DNA of 60,248 nt from a virus. The translations under genes were made by a program, and so were the position numbers. Below are positions 36,596 through 44,754 of the stretch, in pieces. Within the stretch, counting starts at the first letter, position 1. Every line of letters starts with the position of its first letter. The stretch spans positions 1-60,248 of IMG/VR virus record IMGVR_UViG_3300045988_045310. The stretch is one strand, 5' to 3'. The notes beneath the pieces are model-generated. The model worked only from the letters and a program-made list of their open reading frames with translations, did not search any database and was not told the DNA's origin.

Positions 36596-36703
36596 TAGTT
36601 GCCGTGGGAGTTGAACCCACCCGACCCAAACAATGTACGACTACTTTTGAATCTGCAAATTCTACTCGCAGAAGTGTTTTTCGTTGACCGATAATGAGCA
36701 ACT
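36596..36703 (-). tRNA. atypical 108-nt tRNA-like gene (isotype undetermined)
   Basis: 7-bp acceptor AGTTGCT/GGCAACT and perfect T-arm GTGGG-TTCAACT-CCCAC, but 76 nt between acceptor and T-arm instead of about 41-55. Confidence 0.4.
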
Positions 36704-36772
36704 ACTATCCATACATCTCCCATCGACCTGAACTATTGCAGTAGTGCCAGACTAAGTGGAGATAAGGATAAA

Positions 36773-36840
36773 CACGCCCGGAAAGCATCGAACTTTCGTT
36801 AGAGGTTTTGGAGACCTCTTTCTGACCAACAGACAGACGT
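36773..36840 (-). tRNA. tRNA-Trp (CCA) with a reduced D-arm
   Basis: acceptor ACGTCTG/CGGGCGT (2 G-U pairs), anticodon arm GAGGT-CTCCAAA-ACCTC, T-arm GAAAG-TTCGATG-CTTTC. Confidence 0.65.
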
Positions 36841-36992
36841 ATATAAAGTTTTCACGATTTTTTGAAACTTGAAACGGTCAAACTTTTTCATTGCTTTCCA
36901 AAACAAGAGGAATTGCCACTATTTCAACAAAGTTACTTTCTAGAATTTTCGCTTCTCAATAGCAACCACAGGTCGCATCCTTCAGCAACGCA

Positions 36993-37076
36993 CGCCATGT
37001 TAGGGATTTGAACCCCAGAGACTTTTACATCCAGACTGTTTTCAAGACAGCACCCTCGACCAACCGGACACATGGC
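36993..37076 (-). tRNA. tRNA-Ser (TGA), class II with long variable arm
   Basis: acceptor GCCATGT/ACATGGC, anticodon arm GCTGT-CTTGAAA-ACAGT, T-arm TGGGG-TTCAAAT-CCCTA. Confidence 0.7.
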
Positions 37077-37170
37077 AAATATAGCATGGTTAATTGCTAA
37101 AACAGGTATCTCAACTCACAATTATGCATATCCCCCTGCGAACAATGATATGCGTTCCCACTCGTATAAA

Positions 37171-37253
37171 CGCAGATACAAGGATTTGAACCTTGACAGC
37201 ATTTCTGCTGGATAGCTTAGCAAGCTACTGTGATACCATTACACCATATCTGC
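37171..37253 (-). tRNA. tRNA-Ser (GCT), class II
   Basis: acceptor GCAGATA/TATCTGC, anticodon arm GTAGC-TTGCTAA-GCTAT, variable arm CAGCA-GAAA-TGCTG, T-arm CAAGG-TTCAAAT-CCTTG. Confidence 0.75.
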
Positions 37254-37411
37254 AGTCGGGAGGTTTTTTACTTGGTTATCTCCCACCCAAGGATTTTTTA
37301 GTCAGCCGCAAGCGGCTCCATCAAGTTCCCATGAGATAAACATTAACCGGTGTATTTATCCCCTATGCTTCTGTAATAAGCATACTCGGAGTGTACTTGC
37401 AACAACACCCA

Positions 37412-37485
37412 TTGTGACGAAGGGACTCGAACCCATACCCCACAGCTTAGAAGACTGTTGCTCTCTCCATTTGCGCTACGTCACA
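37412..37485 (-). tRNA. tRNA-Arg (TCT)
   Basis: acceptor TGTGACG/CGTCACA, anticodon arm ACAGT-CTTCTAA-GCTGT, T-loop TTCGAGT. Confidence 0.75.
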
Positions 37486-37608
37486 ATGTGCGTTTCCATA
37501 AGCTGTATGCCTACATTTAAGGCACTGACACAGCGCAACACTTATGGATATTTTTATTTTCGCAGGGCATCCGCCAGTTACCTGCTAGTCGGTTGCGATC
37601 CGACATCG

Positions 37609-37692
37609 TGGGGAAAGAAGGAGTCGAACCTTCGGTGTTTCTAATGTCACGGTTTTACAGACCGCTGCAATCGCCACTATGCATATTTCCCC
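37609..37692 (-). tRNA. tRNA-Tyr (GTA), class II
   Basis: acceptor GGGGAAA/TTTCCCC, anticodon arm GCGGT-CTGTAAA-ACCGT, long variable arm, T-arm GAAGG-TTCGACT-CCTTC. Confidence 0.8.
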
Positions 37693-37964
37693 AAAACCTG
37701 TGCCGTATAACCACAGCTAAACTTCTGGCACACCTATCTGCTACCTACCGATTATTGCAATCACGGTATCGTCTTATAGACGCAGATAAAGTTTTCACCG
37801 CTATATGGTTGCAAAGCTTCAAGCGGTTACGTGGAAAACCCTCACGAGCCTTGCGACGGCTCTTAACAGCATTCCGCTATGAGGTGAAAGGAGTGTCTCC
37901 AATGGAAAAGTATGGAAGACAATTCGCAGATGGCAAAGACAGAAAGAAGAAAACATCTGCGAAA

Positions 37965-38035
37965 CAGGACTACCAGGATTCGGACCTGGGATGCAGCAGT
38001 CAAAGTGCTGTGCCTTACCGCTTGGCGATAGCCCT
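37965..38035 (-). tRNA. tRNA-Gln (TTG)
   Basis: acceptor AGGGCTA/TAGTCCT, D-arm TCGCCAAGCGGTAAGGCA, anticodon arm CAGCA-CTTTGAC-TGCTG, T-arm CCAGG-TCCGAAT-CCTGG. Confidence 0.8.
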
Positions 38036-38328
38036 AAACTCCGGGAGAGAGACCATCTGCTCCCGGATTATTTTCGTGAAACACCCTATATTGCTTAATT
38101 GTCACGCCTGCGCACGGTACTCTGTAAAACTTTGTGTTGTCGAACGCATTATTTCATTTTTCATTTCCCACACACAGGCTACATACACTCTTGATGCCTT
38201 GATTTCTCGGACACATATCCAATGCCAACACAACACCGGATATTCGGCAATAAAAATGGCTTTATGAATTTAACCCATTCAACGATGTGATATGGGATAA
38301 TTCGCATAATCTCCGGTAACCACATAGG

Positions 38329-38493
38329 CTATACCCACATAAAAGTTATTCCAAACGCAAGGAACATTGCAAATGCGAATAAAATAACTTCGTCTGATGC
38401 TTTTTTCTGTTTAGGAGCATCAAATGCACTTGCTATTGCGAAAAACGCCATTACTGCGGTTGTCACGATTTTCAAAATTATGAATAAAATCAT
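38329..38493 (-). CDS. small membrane protein
   Basis: start MILFIILK (GGGAGG RBS; ATGA overlap with the upstream stop); two hydrophobic helices. Confidence 0.5.
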   Translation of the reverse strand: MILFIILKIVTTAVMAFFAIASAFDAPKQKKASDEVILFAFAMFLAFGITFMWV

Positions 38494-38675
38494 GTTAACT
38501 CTACCTCCCACACAAAGTAATTTGCAATCATAAATATCAGTCCGAACGCAATGCACAGCACTCTCGAAATTGTATCTGCACTAGAATCCCTTGCAATCTG
38601 AAAACAACTTCCGCAAATAGTAAGTAATGCTGTTGAAGAACATACTTTTAAGAATTTCCTGATTATCTTTTTCAT
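38490..38675 (-). CDS. small membrane protein
   Basis: 61 aa with two hydrophobic helices. Confidence 0.5.
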   Translation of the reverse strand: MKKIIRKFLKVCSSTALLTICGSCFQIARDSSADTISRVLCIAFGLIFMIANYFVWEVELT

Positions 38676-39073
38676 TTTTTCTTCTTCCTTTCTTCAATTT
38701 CATCAATCATTGCCATTACCAGTGCTTTAGCAAACTGGCTATTGTTGTGCATTTTAATCAGCAGATTGCCTTGCCGGATAAGATACGACCAGTCATCATC
38801 CGTTTTCGGATTAGCGCACTCTTTATGGATTTTCCAAACTTCTGTGTAGATCTCTTTAATCTCCGGTGGCAATTCACATTTCTCCTTAACTGGCAAATCT
38901 TCTTTAGGCTCTTTATCAAGCCTGCTCTTTTGGTGCTTCATCTGACAGCTAACCATTTCTGTAACGTTCTCACGGTCTCTTTTGATTCCGTGACCTTTCA
39001 GAAATAATTCGCATTGCAGAACTTCACCACATTTTGAACATTCGTCTTTTATCTCTTTCCCAAATATCTGCAT
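38672..39073 (-). CDS. hypothetical protein
   Basis: 133-aa ORF with 4-nt overlap with the downstream gene. Confidence 0.5.
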   Translation of the reverse strand: MQIFGKEIKDECSKCGEVLQCELFLKGHGIKRDRENVTEMVSCQMKHQKSRLDKEPKEDLPVKEKCELPPEIKEIYTEVWKIHKECANPKTDDDWSYLIRQGNLLIKMHNNSQFAKALVMAMIDEIEERKKKK

Positions 39074-39077
39074 ACGC

Positions 39078-39197
39078 TTAATCCTTGCTTATGACTACTG
39101 CTCTTAAAAATACTCCGATGATGAACAGGATATACACCCATGCAGGAGCATGCAATTGAACCAGTATCCATGCTAAAACTATGTAAATGAAAATCAT
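39078..39197 (-). CDS. 39-aa hydrophobic peptide, below the ORF-track length cutoff
   Basis: GGAGGTG RBS; MIFIYIVLAWILVQLHAPAWVYILFIIGVFL... Confidence 0.35.
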   Translation of the reverse strand: MIFIYIVLAWILVQLHAPAWVYILFIIGVFLRAVVISKD

Positions 39198-39246
39198 GTG
39201 GTACACCTCCTAAGGGTCTTTTTTATTTTTGAGAATTTTTTAAAAA

Positions 39247-39792
39247 TCATCCACATTCTCTGTAAAACTTTTCTTCCCGTCCGTCATCATAAATAACTCT
39301 TGCAATCGGTTCTGCAGAATGATCCACTTTCTGGCACTTTGGAATACTAAGCATATCTACTCGGTTCTTTATAACCTTGATGTGATTGTCTCTCAGGTAT
39401 TCTTTGTAGTACCACTTGTCAGATAGCTTGTTTCCACCGGAAATGTTTAGTTTTTGCTCACATTCTTTCTTGCCTATCTTTCCAGTTTTGTACTCCTCTA
39501 AAATTTCTAAATAGTTTGATGCCGGCAACATTTTAGGTCTTCCTGTTTTCTCCGCTCTTTTTATGACCCTTATGTTTAATGATCCATGTGCAATTTGATG
39601 GCAAACATGGCAAAGAGGTACAATGTTCCCTATATTGTTTGTTCCTCCCAATGCCAAAGGAACTACATGGTGATACTCTACATCCAAATTACTTCCACAG
39701 TTACAGCAAACTGTTCCAAGCTTATCTTTAAGTTCGTCCTTAAATGACGGTCTGTTAAATTGCAATTTGTTTTGTGTGTAAGATAACTCCAT
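39247..39792 (-). CDS. HNH endonuclease
   Basis: CCNCGS..DVEYHHVVPLALGGTNNIGNIVPLCHVCHQIAH; lies between the TerS candidate and terL, as in cos-type HNH-assisted packaging modules. Confidence 0.8.
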   Translation of the reverse strand: MELSYTQNKLQFNRPSFKDELKDKLGTVCCNCGSNLDVEYHHVVPLALGGTNNIGNIVPLCHVCHQIAHGSLNIRVIKRAEKTGRPKMLPASNYLEILEEYKTGKIGKKECEQKLNISGGNKLSDKWYYKEYLRDNHIKVIKNRVDMLSIPKCQKVDHSAEPIARVIYDDGREEKFYRECG

Positions 39793-39992
39793 GTTAGTAT
39801 CACCTCCTGTCGAAGCCTTTTTATTTTTTGGGTAGTTTACTGTACTTAGTAGGGCGGGTTTCCGAATTTCTATAAACCCCCTCCCCCATCATCACCAACA
39901 TATTTCAACTATGCGCAAAATTCGTGCTTCGCGCAGTCTTTATTGACACGTCCTTAACTATCCCATATTTCCGCACGTTTCCGTAGTTGTTG

Positions 39993-40655
39993 CTACTCAT
40001 TCGCATCTGCTGTATCATCTCCATACGCTCCGGAATCGGTCAACATTGATGTATTTTGTCCAAAATTTGTGTCTAATCGCGGAAGTTGGTCGGCTGTCCT
40101 GGTTATCTTGTGTACAATCTCTTGCTGTGTGGTCTGTTTCCGCCCGTGGTCGTTGTTTAATCGTTCCGTTGCTCCCAGCGCATTCCGCAGATTAAAAGCA
40201 ACAAGCTGATCACAATCTGCATCATCTAACCAATTTACAAAAGCTTTTCTGACCTCGTCCATGCTCGATGTACTTGATTTAGTCCTCCAGGCACTTAAAG
40301 CCTGTTTAGATATCCCTGTTAATATCTTAAATGTATCAGCTGTGGCAGTCATATCATAAGCATTAGCTAACTCCCTAAGATATAAATAAACCTCATACAA
40401 CAGATCTATGTTGTACGCATTGTAGTTAGTTAGCATTTGGTTGATACTATTATCCACTACGTTTTGGGGTATATCTTTTAATACATTACTAGGTCTTATA
40501 TAATTATTATATATATATTGCATGGCACCATTAAAAACCGGTTGCCGTTGTGATCTCATGTCATCGATGCCATAAGCTGCACAATAATCGTCAAAGTATT
40601 TACGGATATTTTTTTTAATCTCGTCAATGTTTGGAATCTCTCTGACGTCCTGCAC
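39993..40655 (-). CDS. putative terminase small subunit
   Basis: first gene after the repeat-rich non-coding region; C-terminal LRNALGATERLNNDHG resembles the TerS tail motif; GTG start with an AGGAGG RBS. Confidence 0.4.
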   Translation of the reverse strand: MQDVREIPNIDEIKKNIRKYFDDYCAAYGIDDMRSQRQPVFNGAMQYIYNNYIRPSNVLKDIPQNVVDNSINQMLTNYNAYNIDLLYEVYLYLRELANAYDMTATADTFKILTGISKQALSAWRTKSSTSSMDEVRKAFVNWLDDADCDQLVAFNLRNALGATERLNNDHGRKQTTQQEIVHKITRTADQLPRLDTNFGQNTSMLTDSGAYGDDTADANE

Positions 40656-40699
40656 CGCTCTGCACCTCCTAAAAATCTGCAATAAAAAAATCACTAAGC

Positions 40700-41290
40700 A
40701 TCACTTAATAAACCCATGTTTTTTTAATCTCCTCCACAGATCAGGCAAAACATAAATTTACAAAAGTGATCAGCTAGTGACTTCTGATCGGTTCCGGTCT
40801 GTCGGCTCCGGTGGTCTTGGTTACAATCTGGGCGGATGCATATCCAGAGGGGGTTGGATTTGCACCGCTGTCACTCGCACCGTGTTAACGTCGGCTCCCT
40901 AACTGCTTTTATCATAACACAAGACCTATTTATAAATCCACAACAACCTTTTACGTATTTGATGATTTGTTGTTGTGGTATGTCTGCCGGTGATCCTGAT
41001 CAAATAAAAATCATGCGATTAAAAAATATCATCCGTGTAAATTTGACAAATGGGATTTTTTGACAGACAGACAGGTAATTTTTGCAGATGGGTACATGGT
41101 GGCAGCTGGTCGGCTCTAGTATTTATATATACTTGGTTATACAATGTCTTTCTGCACTTATTTACTTTTATTTTATCTAACCTTTATTTTATCTAATCTC
41201 CTTTTATTTAATCTGCGTCTACAAAATGTCTACAATTTGTCTACAAAATTTAGCACGTTAAAATGTCACAGTGAAAATAGATCAAGAAAA
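40700..41290. other. about 590-bp non-coding, repeat-rich region; candidate packaging (cos/pac) site and late promoter region
   Basis: no credible ORF; GC-rich core with GTCGGCTC x3; 10-bp inverted repeat CCACAACAAC/GTTGTTGTGG; three 11-bp tandem GTCTACAA(A/T)(A/T)T; three TTATTT(T)A(T/A)CT units. Confidence 0.35.
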
Positions 41291-41310
41291 GCAGGCTGTT
41301 ACACCTGCTT
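41283..41310 (-). terminator. possible terminator overlapping the stop of the AP2-domain gene
   Basis: minus strand AAGCAGG-tgtaacag-CCTGCTT followed by TTCTTGAT (weak T-run). Confidence 0.4.
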
Positions 41311-41881
41311 ATAGATTACGATATTTTGATTTTAATATGTTTATAAAATCATCTGTTAATAATCCGGATTCTTTTGCTTTTTGTGCCTCCTCTCTTGCCG
41401 ATTTTGCTACATTTATGTTTGATGTGGTCACAATCTTGATTTGCCTGTGATTAACAGATACGCAAGCAATCCATTTATTTTTTACAGTGTCCCAATTAAC
41501 ACCAGGGATGCCGCTATTTTTATGTATTCCGGTTGATTGCTTTTTATCGATATATATTTTTTTCGATTTCTTGACTTTTTCTTTGTTCTTTTTATTCCAA
41601 TCCTCAGATTGTTTATTATCAATTATTTTTAAATGTTTTTTAGCGCATTGAGGGCAAAATCTTTGTAAGCCGCTGCGCTTAATTATATCGCATCCGCAAG
41701 ACTCGCACTGTATAATAGACCCAAGCGGAGTTGTAGATCCGTGCTTGTTGCGCTCTTTATATCTTTTGCTTTGCTCTTTTTTTCGTTCCTGTCTGCATTC
41801 AGGACAGTAAAACGCCCTCGGCCCACCTAAAAAGCTGGTTCCGCACGTTCTGCAGATTCTTGGTAGTATATTATCTTTCAT
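41309..41881 (-). CDS. zinc-ribbon plus AP2-like DNA-binding domain protein
   Basis: two CxxC...CxxC ribbons (CRTCG..CPEC; CESCG..CPQC); C-terminal GIPGVNWDTVKNKWIACVSVNHRQIKI is AP2-like. Confidence 0.6.
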   Translation of the reverse strand: MKDNILPRICRTCGTSFLGGPRAFYCPECRQERKKEQSKRYKERNKHGSTTPLGSIIQCESCGCDIIKRSGLQRFCPQCAKKHLKIIDNKQSEDWNKKNKEKVKKSKKIYIDKKQSTGIHKNSGIPGVNWDTVKNKWIACVSVNHRQIKIVTTSNINVAKSAREEAQKAKESGLLTDDFINILKSKYRNL

Positions 41882-41929
41882 CTTTTTACTCCAATGCAAA
41901 AAGCGGAGCTTTTCGGCTCCGCTGAATAT

Positions 41930-42142
41930 TTAATAGCACGGGTTTTCTTTTGCCAGCTCCCAAACCTCGTTGAATTTTTGCTCGTGTCGTTTTACATACT
42001 CATTAAAAAATTCTTGGTCTGTACAAGGTGCTAATGTTCCATGTATTTGCTCTCTTAAATCGTCATCCATAAAGGATACCGCCAAATCATAATCAATGTT
42101 TACTCCATATTCATTTACAACTGTTTTTCTCATGTTATCCAC
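41930..42142 (-). CDS. hypothetical protein
   Basis: 70-aa ORF. Confidence 0.5.
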   Translation of the reverse strand: MDNMRKTVVNEYGVNIDYDLAVSFMDDDLREQIHGTLAPCTDQEFFNEYVKRHEQKFNEVWELAKENPCY

Positions 42143-42160
42143 CTTTTAACCTTTCTTTTT

Positions 42161-42520
42161 TTAATTTGCATATGCCTTTTTGGGCTGCCAGTTATAATTA
42201 TATGCTTTTTTTCGGTAGTCCTCAAAATCTCTTGATGTCTTGCGGATCATTTCCGCTTTTACTGTGATCCGGTCAATTAGTGCCCTGTCACCGTATGCGG
42301 TCTTGCTGGCCAATAACTCCGAATCTGTCATGCTCTCCAGTGCTTGGAGCGTTTCCGCTTGCACCGTCTCCAGTGCTTGGAGTTCTGCCCGGTTAAATTC
42401 TTTCAGCCGTTCTGATTCCACATTTTCCAGTTGCTCCCGGTAGTACCGGAAGAACTGCCGGACGTTTGAGCGGATCCGGGCGGCTTTCTTTGCTGTGATC
42501 TGCTCCGGTGTTCCTGTCAT
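42161..42520 (-). CDS. hypothetical coiled-coil protein
   Basis: ORF track 42161..42604; start moved to MTGTPEQ (AAGGAG RBS 8 nt upstream, just after the upstream stop). Confidence 0.5.
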   Translation of the reverse strand: MTGTPEQITAKKAARIRSNVRQFFRYYREQLENVESERLKEFNRAELQALETVQAETLQALESMTDSELLASKTAYGDRALIDRITVKAEMIRKTSRDFEDYRKKAYNYNWQPKKAYAN

Positions 42521-42525
42521 GTCGT

Positions 42526-42969
42526 TCACTCCTTTTCTCTCTGTATTCGCTCCATGCCTTGATTGTAAATTTCTTCCGCTTCTTTCCGCTTGCGTTTTAC
42601 CCATTCAACATTGCTTTCGTCTGACCGCTGTCCAGGTAAGCCCGCCCATTTCGGAGGATGTTTAACGACTAGTGCAACTTCTCCGTGCTCTCTAGCGGCT
42701 CTTTCTGCCGCTGTTTTGGCTTGTAAAGCGTGTAGCCGTTCATTTGCCTGCATGAGTGCGATTTTTTCGTCTATGAGGCTTCTAGAGCCTGTCACGGGTG
42801 TTTCTTTCGGTTGCTCTGTCACCGTTTGCGGCTGTACTGGTTGCAATGCTGCGATCACGGCACCTATAACAAACTGGTTTACGCTTATACCGTTCTTTTC
42901 TGCTTGCGCTTTGATCTGCGGTTCTAGGTCTTTCGGGAATCTAATCATTTGGTTAAATGTTTCCGCCAT
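42526..42969 (-). CDS. ribbon-helix-helix (Arc/CopG/omega-like) DNA-binding protein
   Basis: N-terminal MIRFPKDLEPQIKAQAEKNGISVNQFVIGAVIAAL is an RHH fold signature; lies directly downstream of the TGATATCA array. Confidence 0.6.
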   Translation of the reverse strand: MAETFNQMIRFPKDLEPQIKAQAEKNGISVNQFVIGAVIAALQPVQPQTVTEQPKETPVTGSRSLIDEKIALMQANERLHALQAKTAAERAAREHGEVALVVKHPPKWAGLPGQRSDESNVEWVKRKRKEAEEIYNQGMERIQREKE

Positions 42970-42989
42970 TTTAGCACCTCCTTTTCTTG

Positions 42990-43102
42990 TGATATCATCT
43001 ATGTGATATCATTAGTTTTTTATGATATCATTAGTGTGATATCATGGCTATGATATCATGACATCATTAGTGTGATATCACTTGTTTGATATCGTGATAT
43101 CA
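42990..43102. repeat. array of 8 palindromic TGATATCA sites (7 perfect, 1 with one mismatch)
   Basis: perfect copies start at 42990, 43004, 43023, 43037, 43051, 43073 and 43095; TGATATCG at 43087; longer unit TGATATCATTAG seen twice. Confidence 0.9.
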
Positions 43103-43111
43103 CTATAGCAT

Positions 43112-43150
43112 TTTGTGCCTTATATGTCAATATGTTTTTGTGCCTTATTT
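43112..43150 (+). repeat. iterons 1-2 of TTTGTGCCTTAT(A/T)T
   Basis: copies at 43112-43125 and 43137-43150, the latter overlapping the stop of the RHH gene. Confidence 0.85.
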
Positions 43151-43336
43151 TAATATTTTTTCGTCGTGCTCCAGTTTTTCCGCAACAGCTAATTTTATAA
43201 AATCGTTCACACTCTTATAACCTAATTTATTGATACGGTCTTTTGTGCCAGTTGCAAAACGGCAATTCACCCGTTCAAATTTGTTGTCGTATTTGTAAAT
43301 TGCTTTCCTTGTTGCGTCCGTTGTTTTTCGCTCCAT
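43145..43336 (-). CDS. small RHH/Arc-like DNA-binding protein
   Basis: start MERKTT (AGGAGG RBS 7 nt upstream); ...RVNCRFATGTKDRINKLGYKSVNDFIKLAVAEKL resembles an RHH fold; flanked by iterons. Confidence 0.5.
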   Translation of the reverse strand: MERKTTDATRKAIYKYDNKFERVNCRFATGTKDRINKLGYKSVNDFIKLAVAEKLEHDEKILK

Positions 43337-43377
43337 TGTTTGCACCTCCTTATATAAATGTATCTTTATTATATTTG

Positions 43378-43522
43378 TTTGTGCCTTATATGTCAATATT
43401 ATTTTTTATCTACTATAATATAATCATGTTTCTTTTTGTGCCTTATACATTATGCACAACAAAATCGCTTATTTTGTGCCTTATATTTGTATATTATTGC
43501 GTCTTGTTTTTGTGCCTTATAT
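43378..43522 (+). repeat. iterons 3-6 of TTTGTGCCTTATA(T/C)
   Basis: copies at 43378, 43435, 43473 and 43509, all in the same orientation; the 21-mer TTGTGCCTTATATGTCAATAT is identical in copies 1 and 3. Confidence 0.85.
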
Positions 43523-43633
43523 CTGTTATAGTTATCTCAACAAATAAAAAAGCCGGTGACACCTACCAAGCGAACACCGGCACCCAAAAAGAAAGGCACC
43601 GCAATTATAACACGGTGAAAAGGTAAAAGCAAT

Positions 43634-44035
43634 ATGTTGAAAACAAATTGTAAAAAGGCAATGGAGAACATAAAAAAGGAAATTATTGACGCTTACGAAT
43701 CAGCGGAAGAATATTATACCTTTAACGGCAGGGAAGCGAAGAAAGAATACAACGATATTTGTAAAGATATCATGAACGCATTTTACATTGAAAAAGTAAA
43801 ATATGATTGCAGGAGAATGAGCCGTCAAGAATTATTTATTGACTGGATGTCAGGACTTCCAACCGCTTTCCCTGTATCTGATGAAATTTATTTGCGTTCT
43901 GCATCCGACTGGGTGGGAAAAATCTTGGAGCAGGCAGAAGAAGAAAAGGAAAAATTCACCGAGGAAGAATCCGAAAAATTAGCTTGCTGTTTGCTTTTCA
44001 GGGAACTTGAAAAACACGCAAGCAAGGCAAAATAA
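43634..44035 (+). CDS. hypothetical protein
   Basis: 133-aa ORF on the plus-strand island. Confidence 0.5.
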   Translation: MLKTNCKKAMENIKKEIIDAYESAEEYYTFNGREAKKEYNDICKDIMNAFYIEKVKYDCRRMSRQELFIDWMSGLPTAFPVSDEIYLRSASDWVGKILEQAEEEKEKFTEEESEKLACCLLFRELEKHASKAK

Positions 44036-44207
44036 TAGGTTGACAGTATGGAAATTATAACCGCTTTATTTTCCGACATTGCTGCCGGGTACATCATCAG
44101 ATATTACAGAGAGTTAAGCAAGTAAGATAGGCTTACAACCGGGATCGAGTCCCGGTCTTGCTTTTACCCGGAAACGGGAAAAATTGAAAATGCGGAGGAG
44201 CGAGAAA

Positions 44208-44546
44208 ATGAAAATTATAGAAAAATCGAAAATGCCTGACGGCACAGAAATACAACTAGAGGATTGGCACGACAAAAACACAAAAGATTATAATGATTTA
44301 TACGGTTATGTAATAGGTGTATATCCAGTTGCTAAAAATTCCGGTCGTTTTGGTTGGGTAAAATCCGGAGAAAAATTTAGAATATCAATTAATTATAATA
44401 AATATGCAAATTATACTGATGAAATGGTGTTGAATGATTTTGAAGCGTTAAAAAATGGAGAAAAAACATTATCAGATTTAAAAGATCATTTTTTTAATAA
44501 CTTTAAAGATCAATTTTATTTAGGAATCATAGATTTTGAACCTTGA
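44208..44546 (+). CDS. hypothetical protein
   Basis: ORF track 44184..44546; start moved to MKIIEKS (GGAGGAG RBS). Confidence 0.5.
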   Translation: MKIIEKSKMPDGTEIQLEDWHDKNTKDYNDLYGYVIGVYPVAKNSGRFGWVKSGEKFRISINYNKYANYTDEMVLNDFEALKNGEKTLSDLKDHFFNNFKDQFYLGIIDFEP

Positions 44547-44565
44547 CAGCCGCCGCAGAGGATGC

Positions 44566-44594
44566 CCGCCGGATCACTACCGGCGGCGGTTTTA
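44566..44594 (+). terminator. intrinsic terminator
   Basis: CCGCCGG-atcacta-CCGGCGG followed by CGGTTTT. Confidence 0.6.
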
Positions 44595-44637
44595 TGGGTG
44601 AAATTTACCCAAAAATTAAAAATAGGAGGTTGCCAAG

Positions 44638-44754
44638 ATGAAAGAAAAGAACCTTGAAAGACTTTACAAGCTGTTAGAGCGTGCGGAGCGAGAGAAAGAC
44701 ACGGAGACAGCCGCCGCCATTCGGTGGGCAATTTTTGAACTTGAAAACAGATAA
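44638..44754 (+). CDS. 38-aa hypothetical protein, below the ORF-track length cutoff
   Basis: AGGAGG RBS 8 nt upstream of the ATG; MKEKNLERLYKLLERAEREKDTETAAAIRWAIFELENR; followed by a terminator. Confidence 0.4.
   Translation: MKEKNLERLYKLLERAEREKDTETAAAIRWAIFELENR

Noticed and set aside
37414-38267. Plus-strand ORFs 37414..37644 (76 aa) and 37593..38267 (224 aa) in the ORF track
   Set aside because: They run antisense through three well-formed tRNA genes and structured spacers, start at GTG/TTG with no RBS, and have non-protein-like composition. They are spurious.
42990-43102. Possibility that the TGATATCA array is a CRISPR array
   Set aside because: The repeat unit is only 8 bp and palindromic, spacers are 6-14 bp and partly repeated themselves, and no cas genes are present. 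It fits a protein-binding operator or iteron array instead.
44116-44166. tRNA-like mini-structure: AAGCAAG ... CCGGG-ATCGAGT-CCCGG ... CTTGCTT, with an acceptor-like helix, one hairpin and a T-arm-like hairpin, reminiscent of the attP core
   Set aside because: It is too short for a tRNA, lacks D and anticodon arms, and has a non-canonical T-loop. ACCGGGA-tcgag-TCCCGGT followed by a T-rich tail after the 43634..44035 stop is more simply an intrinsic terminator. A decayed tRNA or att remnant cannot be fully excluded.
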